A stretch of DNA of 64,000 nucleotides from an uncultured Chloroflexia bacterium (GCA_963731765.1 CAVSWS010000018.1:67440-131439); one strand, 5' to 3'. Counted from the stretch's first letter, positions 49,492 to 60,562 are shown. Notes: generated from the sequence alone by a model not told the origin. Numbers and translations are program-made.

Positions 49492-50652
49492 ATGCACCGG
49501 AGCACTGATCGGATCCTCATGAGCCATGCCGGGAGCCTGCACCGGCCGCCTGCACTGCAGGACGCGATGCGCGACCACAAGGACGGCGACCCCTTCGACG
49601 ACAACCTGGAGAAGCTGGTACGCGACAGCATCTTCGAGGTCGTGCGACTGCAGGCGGAGAACGGCGTCGACGTCGTCAACGACGGCGAGTACAGCAAGAG
49701 CAGCTGGCAGACCTACGCCCGCGGCCGGCTGACGGGCATCGAGATCCGCCAGATCCCCGAGGGCGAGGTCGGCACGCTGCCGATCACGGCGCGCGAGCAG
49801 CTCTCCTTCCCGGAGTACTTCGGCAGCCTTACCTCCGGGTTCGCGGGCGGCGGCTTCCGCAACATGGGCGTCTACGCCGTTGGGCCGCTGGGCTATCGCG
49901 GCCAGGCCGAAGTCGAGCGCGACATCAAGAACCTCAAGGACGCCATGCAGGGCCAGGACATCGTCGAGGGTGTGCTGACTGCGCTGGCCCCCGGGACGAT
50001 CGAGCACTGGCTGCGCAACGACCACTTCAAGACGGACGAGGAGATGCTCTTCGCGGTCGCCGACGCGATGCACGAGGAGTACAAGATGATCACGGACGCC
50101 GGGATCATCCTCCAGCTCGACGACCCCGACCTGCCGGACGGCTACGCCTGTCACCCCGAGCTCAGCGTCGAGGACTACAAGAAGTGGGCCGAGACACGCG
50201 TTGAGGCGCTGAACCAGTCGATCCGCGGCCTGCCGGAGGAGCTGGTGCGCCTGCACATCTGCTGGGGCAGCATCCACCACCCGCACACGACCGACATCCC
50301 GCTGTCCGAGATCATCGACATCGTCTACAAGGTGAAGGCGCAGTGCTACTCGATTGAGGCGGCGAACCCGCAGCACGAGCACGAGTGGACGGTGTTCAAG
50401 GACCACCCGCTGCCGGACGGCAAGATCCTCATGCCCGGCGTCATCGGTCACGCGGCCCGGGAGTTCGTGGAGCACCCGGAGGCTGTCGCCCAGCGCCTGG
50501 AGCGCTACGCCAGCGTCGTGGGCAAGGAAAACGTCATCGGCGGTACGGACTGCGGTCTGCAGCGCACGGCGCATCCCTCGATTACGTGGGCGAAGTTCCG
50601 CGCCGGCGCCGAGGGTGCCCGCATCGCCTCGCAGCGACTCTGGGGCAAGTAG
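49492..50652 (+). CDS. cobalamin-independent methionine synthase (MetE C-terminal/UroD-like) family protein
   Basis: Zn-binding 'HICWG' and 'IGGTDCGL' motifs of the Meth_synt_2 fold. Confidence 0.7.
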   Translation: MHRSTDRILMSHAGSLHRPPALQDAMRDHKDGDPFDDNLEKLVRDSIFEVVRLQAENGVDVVNDGEYSKSSWQTYARGRLTGIEIRQIPEGEVGTLPITAREQLSFPEYFGSLTSGFAGGGFRNMGVYAVGPLGYRGQAEVERDIKNLKDAMQGQDIVEGVLTALAPGTIEHWLRNDHFKTDEEMLFAVADAMHEEYKMITDAGIILQLDDPDLPDGYACHPELSVEDYKKWAETRVEALNQSIRGLPEELVRLHICWGSIHHPHTTDIPLSEIIDIVYKVKAQCYSIEAANPQHEHEWTVFKDHPLPDGKILMPGVIGHAAREFVEHPEAVAQRLERYASVVGKENVIGGTDCGLQRTAHPSITWAKFRAGAEGARIASQRLWGK

Positions 50653-50908
50653 CCCTCACAAGCTCGACATAGCAGGAGCCAGACGGCGCGCCCATGGGCG
50701 CGCCGTCTGCTCTGCTTGCCGGGACGAAAGCTGAAGCTTCATCAGCACCGGGAACCAATTCCCGCGTGTAAGCGTCTGATGGTCGTGAGAATTTTCACGC
50801 CAGCGCGTGTCGATTTCGACCCGTGCCGTTCGTCGTGTTTATGAGAGGCCGACCAATCGGCTCGATTTCGATGAACGGAGGCAGGGACGATGAAGCAATC
50901 GATGGCAA

Positions 50909-51514
50909 TCAGGACGGAACAGTGACGCTAGCTCCAGGACGTCGGGTGCGGCATCTCATGATCGGGGTTCGGCGGCGCATCGTGGTAGTCGGCAACTCCT
51001 CGATACCACGCAGGCGGGCGTTCTCGGCGGCGACGATGGCGTTGCTCTCGCGTACGAAACGCAGGATGACGGCGAGCTCCTCGTCGCTGAAGGAAGACCA
51101 TGCCCGGCCCATCGCTTCGGCCAGCGGCGTGTACATCTCGCCGATGGCGCGCAGGTTCTCGCCGATAGGCTCGATGTGGACGCGGCGGCGGTCCTTCGGG
51201 TCCGGCACGCGTCGCACAAAGCCGCCGCCGGCGAGACGGTCAATCAGGCGCGTTGTAGCGCCGGTGGAAAGCCCGGTCATGCGCGAGAGCTGGCCTGCCG
51301 TCATGGGTCCGAGGACGTTGAGCAGGTCGAGGGTCTCGATGTCGGTGCTGTGCATGCCGGCGCGCTCGGCGACGGCATGACTGAACAGCGAATCGAAGGA
51401 GCTCATGAGGCGCACTTCACGGGCCAGCTCATACAGCCTCGCTCTGGTGGACTCGTGTTCGCTTGACGTTGCGCTCACCCGATTCTTATTATCTGCATCA
51501 TGCAGTATCTGCAT
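50909..51514 (-). CDS. MarR-family transcriptional regulator
   Basis: wHTH 'LDLLNVLGPMTAGQLSRMTGLSTGATTRLIDRLAGGGFVRRVPDPKDRRRVHI'. Start is uncertain, between 51514 and 51544. Divergent from the MMPL gene. Confidence 0.75.
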   Translation of the reverse strand: MQILHDADNKNRVSATSSEHESTRARLYELAREVRLMSSFDSLFSHAVAERAGMHSTDIETLDLLNVLGPMTAGQLSRMTGLSTGATTRLIDRLAGGGFVRRVPDPKDRRRVHIEPIGENLRAIGEMYTPLAEAMGRAWSSFSDEELAVILRFVRESNAIVAAENARLRGIEELPTTTMRRRTPIMRCRTRRPGASVTVPS

Positions 51515-51525
51515 GTTGCATGCTT
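51491..51525. promoter_or_regulatory. putative MarR operator (repeat/palindrome cluster) in the marR-MMPL divergent region
   Basis: 'ATCTGCATcatgcagtATCTGCATgttgcatgc' contains a direct repeat ATCTGCAT x2 and inverted CTGCA/TGCAG. Confidence 0.45.
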
Positions 51526-51620
51526 CTTGTGAACATTGTATCAAAGCCTGTCAAAGGAAGAGCTGTGGACTTGTTGCTTAGCACGTGTGTGCGCATCCTA
51601 TATGGCGACGGAGGTCAAAC

Positions 51621-53801
51621 ATGAGAAAGCTCGCCGCGCTCTCGTATTCAAAACGTTGGTTGGTTCTGGGGACCTGGGTGGTCCTCCTGGTCCTGCTAAC
51701 CGTTATCTCGTCGGTCGTAAGCAGTCCTTACAAGACCGACTTCGAATTGCCCGGCTCCGAGAGCCAGGCAGCGCTCGATCTGCTGAAGGAACGAGGTGTC
51801 GCCGACCGCACCGGCATCTCCACTCAGATCGTATTTCGCAGCGACGCCGGGTACGACGACCCGGCCGTCAAAGCGCGCATGGAGCAGTTCTTCGCCGATG
51901 TCCAGGCCCAGGTCAAGGACGTCAGCCTCAATAGCCCGTACGATCCCGCGAATGCCTTCCAGGTTGGCGAAGATGGCAAGATTGCCTACGCAGAGTTGAA
52001 CCTGGGTAACCGTACCCAGGAGGAATACGTCAACGACGCGGACACCATCAAGGGTCTCTGGAAGCAGATCGACGTCCCCGGCCTGCAGGTCGAGCTCGGT
52101 GGAGATATCTACGCTGAGTTCTCCCAGCCCAACAGCGAGGCGTTTGGTATCGGCGCCGCGGTGATCATCCTGCTTATCGCTTTCGGATCGTTGCTGGCGA
52201 TGGGTCTGCCGATTGCGACGGCGCTGTTCGGCGTCGGCTGTGGCGTTGCCGTCATCGGCTTCCTGACCAACGTCCTGGCGGTGCCGGAGTTTACGCCCCT
52301 GATCGCGACGCTTATCGGCATTGGCGTCGGCATCGACTACGCCCTGCTGATCGTGACGCGGTATAGAGCCGGGCTCGCGGAGGGCATGGAGCCGCGCGAG
52401 GCGGTGATGCTGGCCGTCGACACCTCAGGGCGTGCCGTGATCTTCGCCGGCGGCACGGTGGTTATCTCACTGCTCGGCATGTTCATGATGAACCTGGACT
52501 TCATGCGCTCCGTGGCCGTCGCGGCCGTGGCAGCGGTGCTGTTCACGATGGCGGCCGCGGTGACGCTGCTGCCTGCCTTCCTCGGCTTCGTCGGCCACAA
52601 CATCGACCGCTTCGGCCTGCCTCACCGCAGCTCCGACGACCACGACGTTTCCAAGAGCTTCTGGTACAAGTGGAGCCGCGTGATCCAGAAGCATCCGTGG
52701 CCGGCGCTGTTCGCAAGCGCGGCCCTGCTCATCGCCCTGGCAATACCGGTGTTCTCTTACCAGCTCGGCTTCTCAGACGCCGGCAACCGGCTGGAGAGCG
52801 ACACGACACGCCGCGCCTACGACCTCCTGCAGGAAGGCTTCGGCCCCGGCTTCAACGGCCCGATCATCGCTCTGGTGGACGGCCAGGCCGGTCCGGCGGA
52901 CGACGCGACCTTGACGACGCTGGGCGATGCCTTCGCCAATACGGAAGGCGTGGCCAAGGTCTCCCCACCTGTGCACCTGGGCGAGAGCAATCTGGTGCTG
53001 TACAACATCTTCCCGACGACATCCCCGCAGGACCGCGCGACCACGGACCTTGTACACCGCCTGCGCGACGACACGATCCCACCGGTCGTTTCGAGCACGG
53101 GCGTCAAGGTACTGACCACGGGTCTGCCTCCGGCCATCGTCGATTTCGCCGACTACACGGCGGCGCGCCTGCCCCTGTTCATCGGCGCCGTGCTGCTGCT
53201 GTCGTTCGTGCTGCTGCTGACGGTTTTCCACAGCGTGGTGGTGCCGATCAAGGCAGTGATCATGAACCTGCTGTCGATCGGCGCAGCGTTCGGGTTGACG
53301 ATCATCGTCTTCCAATGGGGCGTCGGTGAGACGCTGCTGGGCGTCGGCAAGGAAGGGCCGATCGAGGCGTGGGCGCCGATGTTCATCTTTGCCATCGTCT
53401 TCGGCCTCTCGATGGACTACGAGGTGTTCCTGCTGGCCCGCGTACGGGAGGAATATGACCGCAACGGCAACAACAACGGCGCGGCCGTTGCCGATGGTGT
53501 CGCTGCTACGGGTCGCGTGATCTCCGCCGCGGCGCTGATCATGGTGTGCGTCTTCGGCGCCTTCATCCTGGGTGACGACCGTTCGATCAAGATGGTCGGC
53601 TTCACGCTGGCCTCCGCCATCTTCATCGACGCCACCATCGTCCGCCTCATCCTCGTCCCTTCGGCGATGGAGCTGATGGGCAAGATGAACTGGTGGGCGC
53701 CGGAGTGGCTCATCCGGATACTGCCGACAATCCGGGTCGACACGGAGCCGGAGAACCTGCCGACCAGCACGGTCGCTGGTGGCGGAGGCGGCGGGTCGTA
53801 G
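51621..53801 (+). CDS. MMPL-family (RND superfamily) transporter
   Basis: Two 6-TM bundles with large extracytoplasmic loops. Start at MRKLAAL, 8 nt after 'ggaggt'. Confidence 0.85.
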   Translation: MRKLAALSYSKRWLVLGTWVVLLVLLTVISSVVSSPYKTDFELPGSESQAALDLLKERGVADRTGISTQIVFRSDAGYDDPAVKARMEQFFADVQAQVKDVSLNSPYDPANAFQVGEDGKIAYAELNLGNRTQEEYVNDADTIKGLWKQIDVPGLQVELGGDIYAEFSQPNSEAFGIGAAVIILLIAFGSLLAMGLPIATALFGVGCGVAVIGFLTNVLAVPEFTPLIATLIGIGVGIDYALLIVTRYRAGLAEGMEPREAVMLAVDTSGRAVIFAGGTVVISLLGMFMMNLDFMRSVAVAAVAAVLFTMAAAVTLLPAFLGFVGHNIDRFGLPHRSSDDHDVSKSFWYKWSRVIQKHPWPALFASAALLIALAIPVFSYQLGFSDAGNRLESDTTRRAYDLLQEGFGPGFNGPIIALVDGQAGPADDATLTTLGDAFANTEGVAKVSPPVHLGESNLVLYNIFPTTSPQDRATTDLVHRLRDDTIPPVVSSTGVKVLTTGLPPAIVDFADYTAARLPLFIGAVLLLSFVLLLTVFHSVVVPIKAVIMNLLSIGAAFGLTIIVFQWGVGETLLGVGKEGPIEAWAPMFIFAIVFGLSMDYEVFLLARVREEYDRNGNNNGAAVADGVAATGRVISAAALIMVCVFGAFILGDDRSIKMVGFTLASAIFIDATIVRLILVPSAMELMGKMNWWAPEWLIRILPTIRVDTEPENLPTSTVAGGGGGGS

Positions 53802-53825
53802 CGGGTTTGCCTGCTGAATATAGGA

Positions 53826-53859
53826 AGGCCCCGGCAGTTTGCCGGGGCCTCATTTTTAT
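53826..53859 (+). terminator. intrinsic terminator after the MMPL transporter gene
   Basis: 'aggccccggc-agttt-gccggggcct' + 'catttttat'. Confidence 0.8.
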
Positions 53860-54136
53860 GGCTATTCGGGAATGCCGGTGCTTCAGTGGTTCACGTCCCC
53901 GTCAGATCGGCGTTGCCATCTCCGAGTGGGTTGTCCGAAGACTAATGCCCCGTGGACACATGCGGGTCAGGAACTCAGGCCGGCTTCTGATCGCCCTTTA
54001 AGCGTGCTTCTGCTCCGGTTCCATCACCCTTAGCCTCTCTTCCAGCTAGATCGTACACCCACCTGGCAAGGGGTTTCAGGGCCAACCGGCACATTCGTTG
54101 TGCATTGATGAGAGGTCAGCGGTGAGCCTGCTGGAA

Positions 54137-54177
54137 GTCACCCTCACCCCAGCCCTCTCCCTCCAGGGAGAGGGAGC
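54137..54177 (+). repeat. family-2 REP-like hairpin repeat (divergent copy)
   Basis: 'gtcaccctcaccccagccctctccctccagggagagggagcc'. Confidence 0.6.
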
Positions 54178-54236
54178 CAAGCAAGAGTGGACGAGCTCTG
54201 GCCACAGGACAGGGACTCCAGCATGCCGCTCGCGCC

Positions 54237-54776
54237 CTAAGGGGAGGGCGTCTTTATCGCTGGCTCCTGAGTGCCGTTCTTGTCTGCCGGCTGGAAGGGG
54301 CAGTTCTGCGGCAGGCCGGTGATCTTGTAGCCCGAACTATCGTTGGTGGAGACCTTCTGGAAGGTCCATGTCCGCTCGACGTTGGTATCGATGGCGGCGG
54401 CCGCATCGCCGGTGACGCGCCAGCTGACCGTCAGTGTCGCGGTATCGCCGTCACGTTGGATGCCCTCGTCCAGCACTTCGGCGCTGACGTCCGAAGGGAA
54501 GCAGTCGATGACGGCGGCAAGTTCGCTGTCGCTCATGGCGTCGAGCTCGTCGCTGAGGTAGGGACGCATGTCATCGACGTTCATGTCGCCGCCGACGGCA
54601 TCGAACACGTACTGCAGGCCATCGGGCACCGCGGAAGATTCTGCCGTGGGCTCGTCTGCGAGGGCCGGCGATTGTGTGGGTGTGGGTGTTGCAGTGGTGC
54701 TGTCGTCATCACCAGAGCAGGCGGCACCGAAAATCAGTAGGGCCGCCAGCGGGGGAATCAAGAAAAGTCGTCTCAA
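54237..54776 (-). CDS. putative lipoprotein
   Basis: Signal peptide plus lipobox 'LIFGAAC|SGDDDS'. Start chosen as TTG 7 nt after 'aaggagg' (MRRLFLIPP...). Confidence 0.6.
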   Translation of the reverse strand: MRRLFLIPPLAALLIFGAACSGDDDSTTATPTPTQSPALADEPTAESSAVPDGLQYVFDAVGGDMNVDDMRPYLSDELDAMSDSELAAVIDCFPSDVSAEVLDEGIQRDGDTATLTVSWRVTGDAAAAIDTNVERTWTFQKVSTNDSSGYKITGLPQNCPFQPADKNGTQEPAIKTPSP

Positions 54777-55186
54777 ACCATAGCCTCCTTTTTTCAATTA
54801 GAAGCGAGGAGGCGTTGCCGGGTCGTAAACCTGACCGGCGCGGGGTTTCAGGGGCGTGGGAGGACAAAGTGAAGGGCCCCGGCGTCCTGCCGGGGCCCTC
54901 ACGATCTACTGATTACGGTGTACTGCCCTCCTGAGGGCTTGATAGACACCAACGGGTCGAAACCCTTGGCGTCTGCGTGTCACCGGCTCCGTCTCAGCTC
55001 ACATCCCGTCAAACCAGCGAAACAGTCGCTGAAGTGACCGTCCCGAAGGACCAGGTCGCGTTTCGAAAAGCGGGTCAGGAGCCTGGAGCCGGGGTTGCCT
55101 GCGGCCTTAAGCCGCGCTCGCTGTCCTGTTTCATACCCTTCCTTTCTCCACCTCAAGTATACCACTCTCGCACCTGATTGGCGCGT

Positions 55187-56717
55187 CTACGCGAGAAATA
55201 TTTCGGGTTCCGAGTTCAGATCCAGCACATCGGTAATGGCCACGTGATCGACAAAGACGGAGTCGTGGCTGACGAGGACAAGGAGACCCCGAAAGCGGAC
55301 GAGGGCGGCTTCCAGGAGCTCCATGCTCTGGAAATCGAGGTTGTTCGTTGGCTCGTCCAGCAGGAGGACCTGCGGGATCGACGCCCCCAGGAAGCAGCGG
55401 GCGAGAGCGGCCCGAAGGCGCTCGCCGCCGCTGAGCGTACCGACGCGCTGGTGCACGCGATCGCCCTTGAAGCCGTAGAAGGCCAGCTCGTTGCGCAGCT
55501 CTGCGGGCGGGAAGCGGGACTCGGTGCTGACGTTCTCGAGCACCGAGAGGTCATCCCGCAGCAACGAGAGGCTCTGGTCCAGGTAGACGAAGGGGCGATG
55601 GGAGCGCCAGAGGTAGCCCGTGGTGTTGCCGGGCGTGTCACCCATGAGCAGTCGCAGCAGCGTGCTCTTGCCCGTGCCATTGCCACCCCTAACGTGCCAA
55701 CGCTGGCGACCCGTCATGAGAAAGCTGACGCCGGACGGCCACAAGTGGCTCGGAGCTGCCTTCGAAACGCAGGTTGAGGTCGCGCGCCTCGAAGAAGGGA
55801 CGGCCGAGCGGCGGCGCGTCGCTCTCGAAGTCGAGACGCATGAATGGATCAGACTCGAGGGACTCTCGGGCCTGCGCCAGCTCCCCTTGCGCCTCGTCGA
55901 TGGCGGCGTCGGCTTCGCGTTTGAGCTTGCCGGCCGTGACCTGGGCACGTCGCTTCTGACCGCCGGCGAGAATGCGGGCCATGCCACCCTGCTCGAACTT
56001 GCGCTGGCCGGCGCGCTCCCGGCGCTGCTGGCGCTCGAGCTTCTCCTGACGCTCTCGTTCTGCTGAGCGCTTCTGGCGAGTCGCCCGGTTGAGCTCGTCC
56101 TGCTGTCGCTCGCGCGCCGCCGTGCGCTGCTGCCAGTAGAGGTCGAAGGCGCCGCCATGGCGATGCAGGCCCTTCGGCGTCAGCTCCAGGACCTCGTCTA
56201 CGGCACCGAGCAGCTCACGGTCGTGACTTATGACAAGTACGCCGCCTCTGAACTCGCGCAAGAGCCGCAGCACCACTTCCCTACCGTCGCGGTCCAGGTC
56301 GTTGGTGGGCTCGTCGAGGATGAGGAACGACGGCGACGACGCCAGCGCCCGGGCGAGGCGCAGTCGCATCCATTCGCCGCCGCTGAGGCTACGCAGCGGG
56401 CGTGACTCATCGATGGGCTGGAGCAGCCCGGCGACCAGTTCGACGTCCTGTGGCGCCTGAGCCCACACGTCATTGATCCATTCGCCGCTGGTGCCGTCGA
56501 CGCGCGTTTCGAACTGCGGCAGGAAGGCCACTGGGGTGTCGCGGACTACGTAGCCCTGTGTGGGCTCGACATCGCCCGTGAGCAGTCGGGCCAGCGTGGT
56601 CTTGCCCACACCGTTGGCGCCGACGAGGCCGTACTTGCGCGCAATCAAGCTGCAGGAGATGTCCGACAGGACAACGCGCGAATCGATTTCGTAAGTGACC
56701 GAATGGAGCTCTAACAT
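55187..56717 (-). CDS. ABC-F family ATPase (two ABC domains, no TMD); frame broken by an apparent 1-nt insertion near 55743
   Basis: NBD1 'GLVGANGVGKTTL...LSGGEWMRLRLA...LILDEPTNDLD' in ORF 55689-56717. NBD2 'VRGGNGTGKSTLL...LSGGERLRAALA...LLLDEPTNNLD' is in ORF 55187-56158. Removing one G restores 'EGSSEPLWPSGVSF'. Confidence 0.85.
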
Positions 56718-57026
56718 CTCGACCGTCCCGGGAACGTCGCTTGGCGCGACGGCGTGCCGTTTGCGTATGAGCAGACGCTGCGCACAGGACGGCCGGGGCT
56801 GACGAAACGCGGGTTAGAGCATGCACTCAGGAGCGAAGTCAGGCTGAGGCTGGCGCCTCGCCGGGCCGGAGACTGGTCGAACGACCGCTCTGGTTAGATG
56901 CTTCGCATTTCGCTCCTTAAGCAGGTGATGTCTCGATGATAGCACCGGGAACCTGCCGTGAACCTGGACTTCGGTCGGGGTGCAGGCTCCGACTTTCGGC
57001 GGAGAAGCCATCCCGTTATCGGTACG

Positions 57027-57398
57027 TCAGTCCTGTCGCGAATCGGCGAAGGTCCGCATAAGGGCCGGAAGCACCGCTCGTCCCAGGACGGCGAGGATGA
57101 GGCCACAAACGGCGCCAAAGAGGCCGAGGAGGACAAAGAAAGGGACGCGGCTTAGCAGGGAGGCGTCGCCGGAGTAGCCCGCCAGCATGAAGACGAAGGC
57201 GAGGCAGAAGCCGTAGGCAGCACCAAGTTGCGCCGCCTCCACGCGAGTACGGCCCATCAGCCCGAGAAGCAGGCCGGCCACCGTCCAGGGCACGAGACTC
57301 AATCCCGAGTCGACGAAGAGTACCTGCGCCCCGACCAGCCCCAGCATCGCGCCGAGCCCTGCGCTGAGCCCGAGCCTCAAACGACCATTCGTCACCAT
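57027..57398 (-). CDS. small polytopic membrane protein, unknown function
   Basis: Four hydrophobic helices; start uncertain (57398 or 57464). Confidence 0.45.
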   Translation of the reverse strand: MVTNGRLRLGLSAGLGAMLGLVGAQVLFVDSGLSLVPWTVAGLLLGLMGRTRVEAAQLGAAYGFCLAFVFMLAGYSGDASLLSRVPFFVLLGLFGAVCGLILAVLGRAVLPALMRTFADSRQD

Positions 57399-57505
57399 AG
57401 TACCTAGACTATCTAGGTATAGGACAGCAGGCAAGCTATTTCGATGCGACCGCTGCCCCAACAACGCAGGTCGTGCCGATCGGCGGAACAGCCGGTTCTC
57501 AGGCT

Positions 57506-57542
57506 TCCCAGGGATTGTGCGTGGGCGGACGGAAGCCCAGGC
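57506..57542. repeat. 37-bp direct repeat copy duplicating the last 12 codons of ftsK (second copy at 57691-57727)
   Basis: 'tcccagggattgtgcgtgggcggacggaagcccaggc' against 'tcccagggattgtgggtgggcggacggaagcccgggc' (35/37). Confidence 0.7.
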
Positions 57543-57686
57543 CGCGGCGCCTTCGTTTACGGTGCGGATTGGGGCGGTTGCGCGTCCTTCGACAAGCTCA
57601 GGACGAACGGGCTGAAGTCACCTTCGGTTTCGCGAGCGGGGCGACTCCTACCGTAGCAAGAGCGAAGCCTGATCGCCGTAACGCAG

Positions 57687-60141
57687 TTACTCCCAGGGAT
57701 TGTGGGTGGGCGGACGGAAGCCCGGGCTGCCGTCGTCGAGGTCCTGGGCGGTGACGATGACCTCCCGAGAGCCCTCGGCGCCGTCGCCGACGAGGCCTTC
57801 TTCCTCGAGGCGGTCCATGATGCGGGCGGCGCGCGGGTAGCCGATGCGCAGGCGACGCTGCAGCATCGAAGTCGAGATGCGGGAGTGCTCCTCAGCGAGC
57901 GCCTTCGCCTTCTCGAACATCGGGTCGGCGTCTTCCTGCTCCTCGATCTCCTGCAGGGCCTCTTCCAGCAAGTGGTCGTAGACCTCGGTGCTGTGCTTCG
58001 TGCGCTGCTGGGCCCAGAAGGAGACGAGGCGGTCGATCTCCGCATCGGAGAGATAGACGCCCTGGACGCGCTTCGGCTTGGAGGAGTCCGTGGGCATGTA
58101 GAGCATGTCGCCACGCCCCAGCAGGCGTTCGGCGCCGGCCATGTCGAGGATGGTGCGGGAGTCGACCTGCGAGGTCATGGCGAAGGCGATGCGGGTGGGG
58201 AAGTTCGCCTTGATCAGGCCGGTAATGACGTCGACAGACGGTCGCTGCGTGGCGACGACGAGGTGGATGCCCGTGGCGCGCGCGAGCTGGGCGAGGCGGC
58301 AGATCTGACGCTCGACCTCGAACGGCGCCGCCATCATGAGGTCGGCCAGCTCGTCGATGATCACGACCCAGTACGGCATCTGCGTGGTCACCTTGGCGTG
58401 CTTGTTATAGGACTCGATGTTGCGCACGGCGAGCGTGGCGAAGAGCTTGTAGCGCTCCTCCATCTCATGCAGCACGGCGCCCAGCGTGCCGACGACCTTC
58501 TCCATATCGACGACGATGTTGGAGAACGCGAGGTGCGGGATCATCTGGAACCCGGCGAGCTCCACGCGCTTCGGGTCGATCATGACGAATCGCACGTCCT
58601 CGGGGCGCGCCTGCATGAGGATGCTCGAGATGATCGAGTTGATGGCGACGCTCTTACCGGCACCGGTCGCACCGGCGATGAGGAGGTGGGGCATCTTCGC
58701 CAGGTCGGCGACGACGGGCTCACCGGAGACGCTTTTGCCCAGCGGGATCGCGAGGTGGGTCTTCTGGGCCAGGCGCTGGAAGGCCGGCGTCTCGATCACG
58801 CTGCGCATGGTGACGACGGACGCGGCGCTGTTCGGCACCTCGATGCCGACGACGGAGCGACCGGGCACCGGCGCCTCGATGCGCAAGCGAAGGCGCCGCA
58901 AGGGCGAGGGCGAGGTCATTCGACAGGTTGGTGATCTGGTTGACGCGCACGCGGGTGCGGGACACCTCTTCCTGGTGCGTTTTGGGCTTGCCGTCCTTGT
59001 CGTAGAGCAGCTTGCCGTCCTTGTCGCGCTCTTGCACCGTCTTGAACTTGACCTCCCAGCCCGGCTCGATGTCGAACTGGGTGACGACGGGGCCTTCGTG
59101 GAAGGCGGCGACGCGGGCGTCCACGCCGAAGCTGGCGAGCGTCTCAACAATGAGGTTGGAGCGCAGGACGTTGTCCGGCTTGGCCGATTCGTCCTGAGGC
59201 GGGGCGTTCTGCAGCACGTCCATAGGCGGCATGCGCCAGTCGGCCACATTCGGTTTGTCGGCGGGCTTCGCGGACTCCTCTTCCTCATCGGCCATCCACC
59301 AGTTGACGGGGAGCTGAGCCTGCTTGAGGCGCTCGTCCGGGATCTCCGGCTCTTCGGTCTTCACGAGGGCGACGGGCAACGGTTCGGGCTCGACATCGTC
59401 GAACTCCTCGTCGTCCGGCAGCCAGTCGGGCGCGTCGTGCAGAGGGCTCTCGTCCGGCGGCGCCTTGGTGGGGAAGGCGAAGTCGACCAGCATGAGGATG
59501 GCGAACCAGATCTTGTGAGGGATGTGCCAGCTCCACGCCGTCTGCATGGCGCCCGGCGTGCGCTGCAGGGTCAGCTTCACGTGCTGCGGCCAGACGATAA
59601 CCGTGAAGGCTATGAGGCTCGCCAGCCAGACAAGGACACCGGGCAGGCTACTGGTAAGGAAGTGGCCGAGGTCGCCGCCGGCCGTCGCGTGCGCAAGGTC
59701 GACGTTCCCGACTACGAGCGAAGGCTTGAGAAAGGCGAGGAAGCCCGCAATAACGAGGAAAAGGGGCACGAAGGCAGCGAGCCACTTCGGATACGCAAGG
59801 GGCAGCGATAGCTGGTGGCGCCAGATGAGGATGCCGGCCGCGGCGAACATCCATACGAAGAGGAAGGCAAGCATGCCTGTCGTCTGGACGAGGTCGTTGA
59901 GTACGGGGACGCCACGGCTCGCGAGCAACCAGATCGTGGCGATGAGCGCAAGCAGCGCCATCGTCAGACCGACGGTCTCGATGCGCGTCAGCCAGTAGAT
60001 GATGCGTTGGGTCAGGGATGGTCCCTGGCGTCGTCGCCCTACCGATTGCTTACCGGCTGAGGGAGAACGGCCCTGACGGGTCCGGCTTGCGGTTCGTGCC
60101 ATAAGTTCATACCAGACCGCGCCCGCCAAGATCGCGACCAA
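57687..60141 (-). CDS. ftsK: DNA translocase FtsK; frame broken by an apparent 1-nt insertion near 58888
   Basis: N-terminal TM region plus linker in ORF 58720-60141 ('...NDLALALAAPSL'). The alpha/beta/gamma motor ('RIEAPVPGRSVVGIEVPN...IAGATGAGKS...', and the gamma winged helix at the C-terminus) is in ORF 57687-59288. Confidence 0.9.
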
Positions 60142-60258
60142 GCAGCGCCAGTATAGCAGGGCACTCGATCAACCCAAAGGCGAACCGGGCGGGATGTGCA
60201 GGCGTGATGCAATTGCAACCCGCGTCAGCCCCTCAGGAGGACCCGGCTGGCGGTTGGT

Positions 60259-60429
60259 TCAGCTGGGACCGGATCTACCGAACTGGTACACGAGCAGCGA
60301 ATGGATTAGCCATGCAATCACGGCGCCGACAGCAAGAGGCACGAGGGTAGCACCGAGCATGGTGGCGACAATCAGACCAATGACGATGCCGACAATCCAG
60401 AACAGAACGTTAGCTACCGTGGCCGACAT
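60259..60429 (-). CDS. 56-aa hydrophobic small protein (not in ORF track)
   Basis: ATG (minus strand) 6 nt after 'aaggag'. Translation is MSATVANVLFWIVGIVIGLIVATMLGATLVPLAVGAVIAWLIHSLLVYQFGRSGPS, two predicted TM helices. Confidence 0.4.
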   Translation of the reverse strand: MSATVANVLFWIVGIVIGLIVATMLGATLVPLAVGAVIAWLIHSLLVYQFGRSGPS

Positions 60430-60562
60430 CGCTTACTCCTTACGCTGCACCGGCGTGTGCCAGCCACTAGAGCATACGCCGCCACGCTCCGGCAAAACGA
60501 TGGCTCAGTTCCCGCTGCAGCAGCTACCCGCTACGGAGTCTGGATGGTACGCTGAGAACTCT

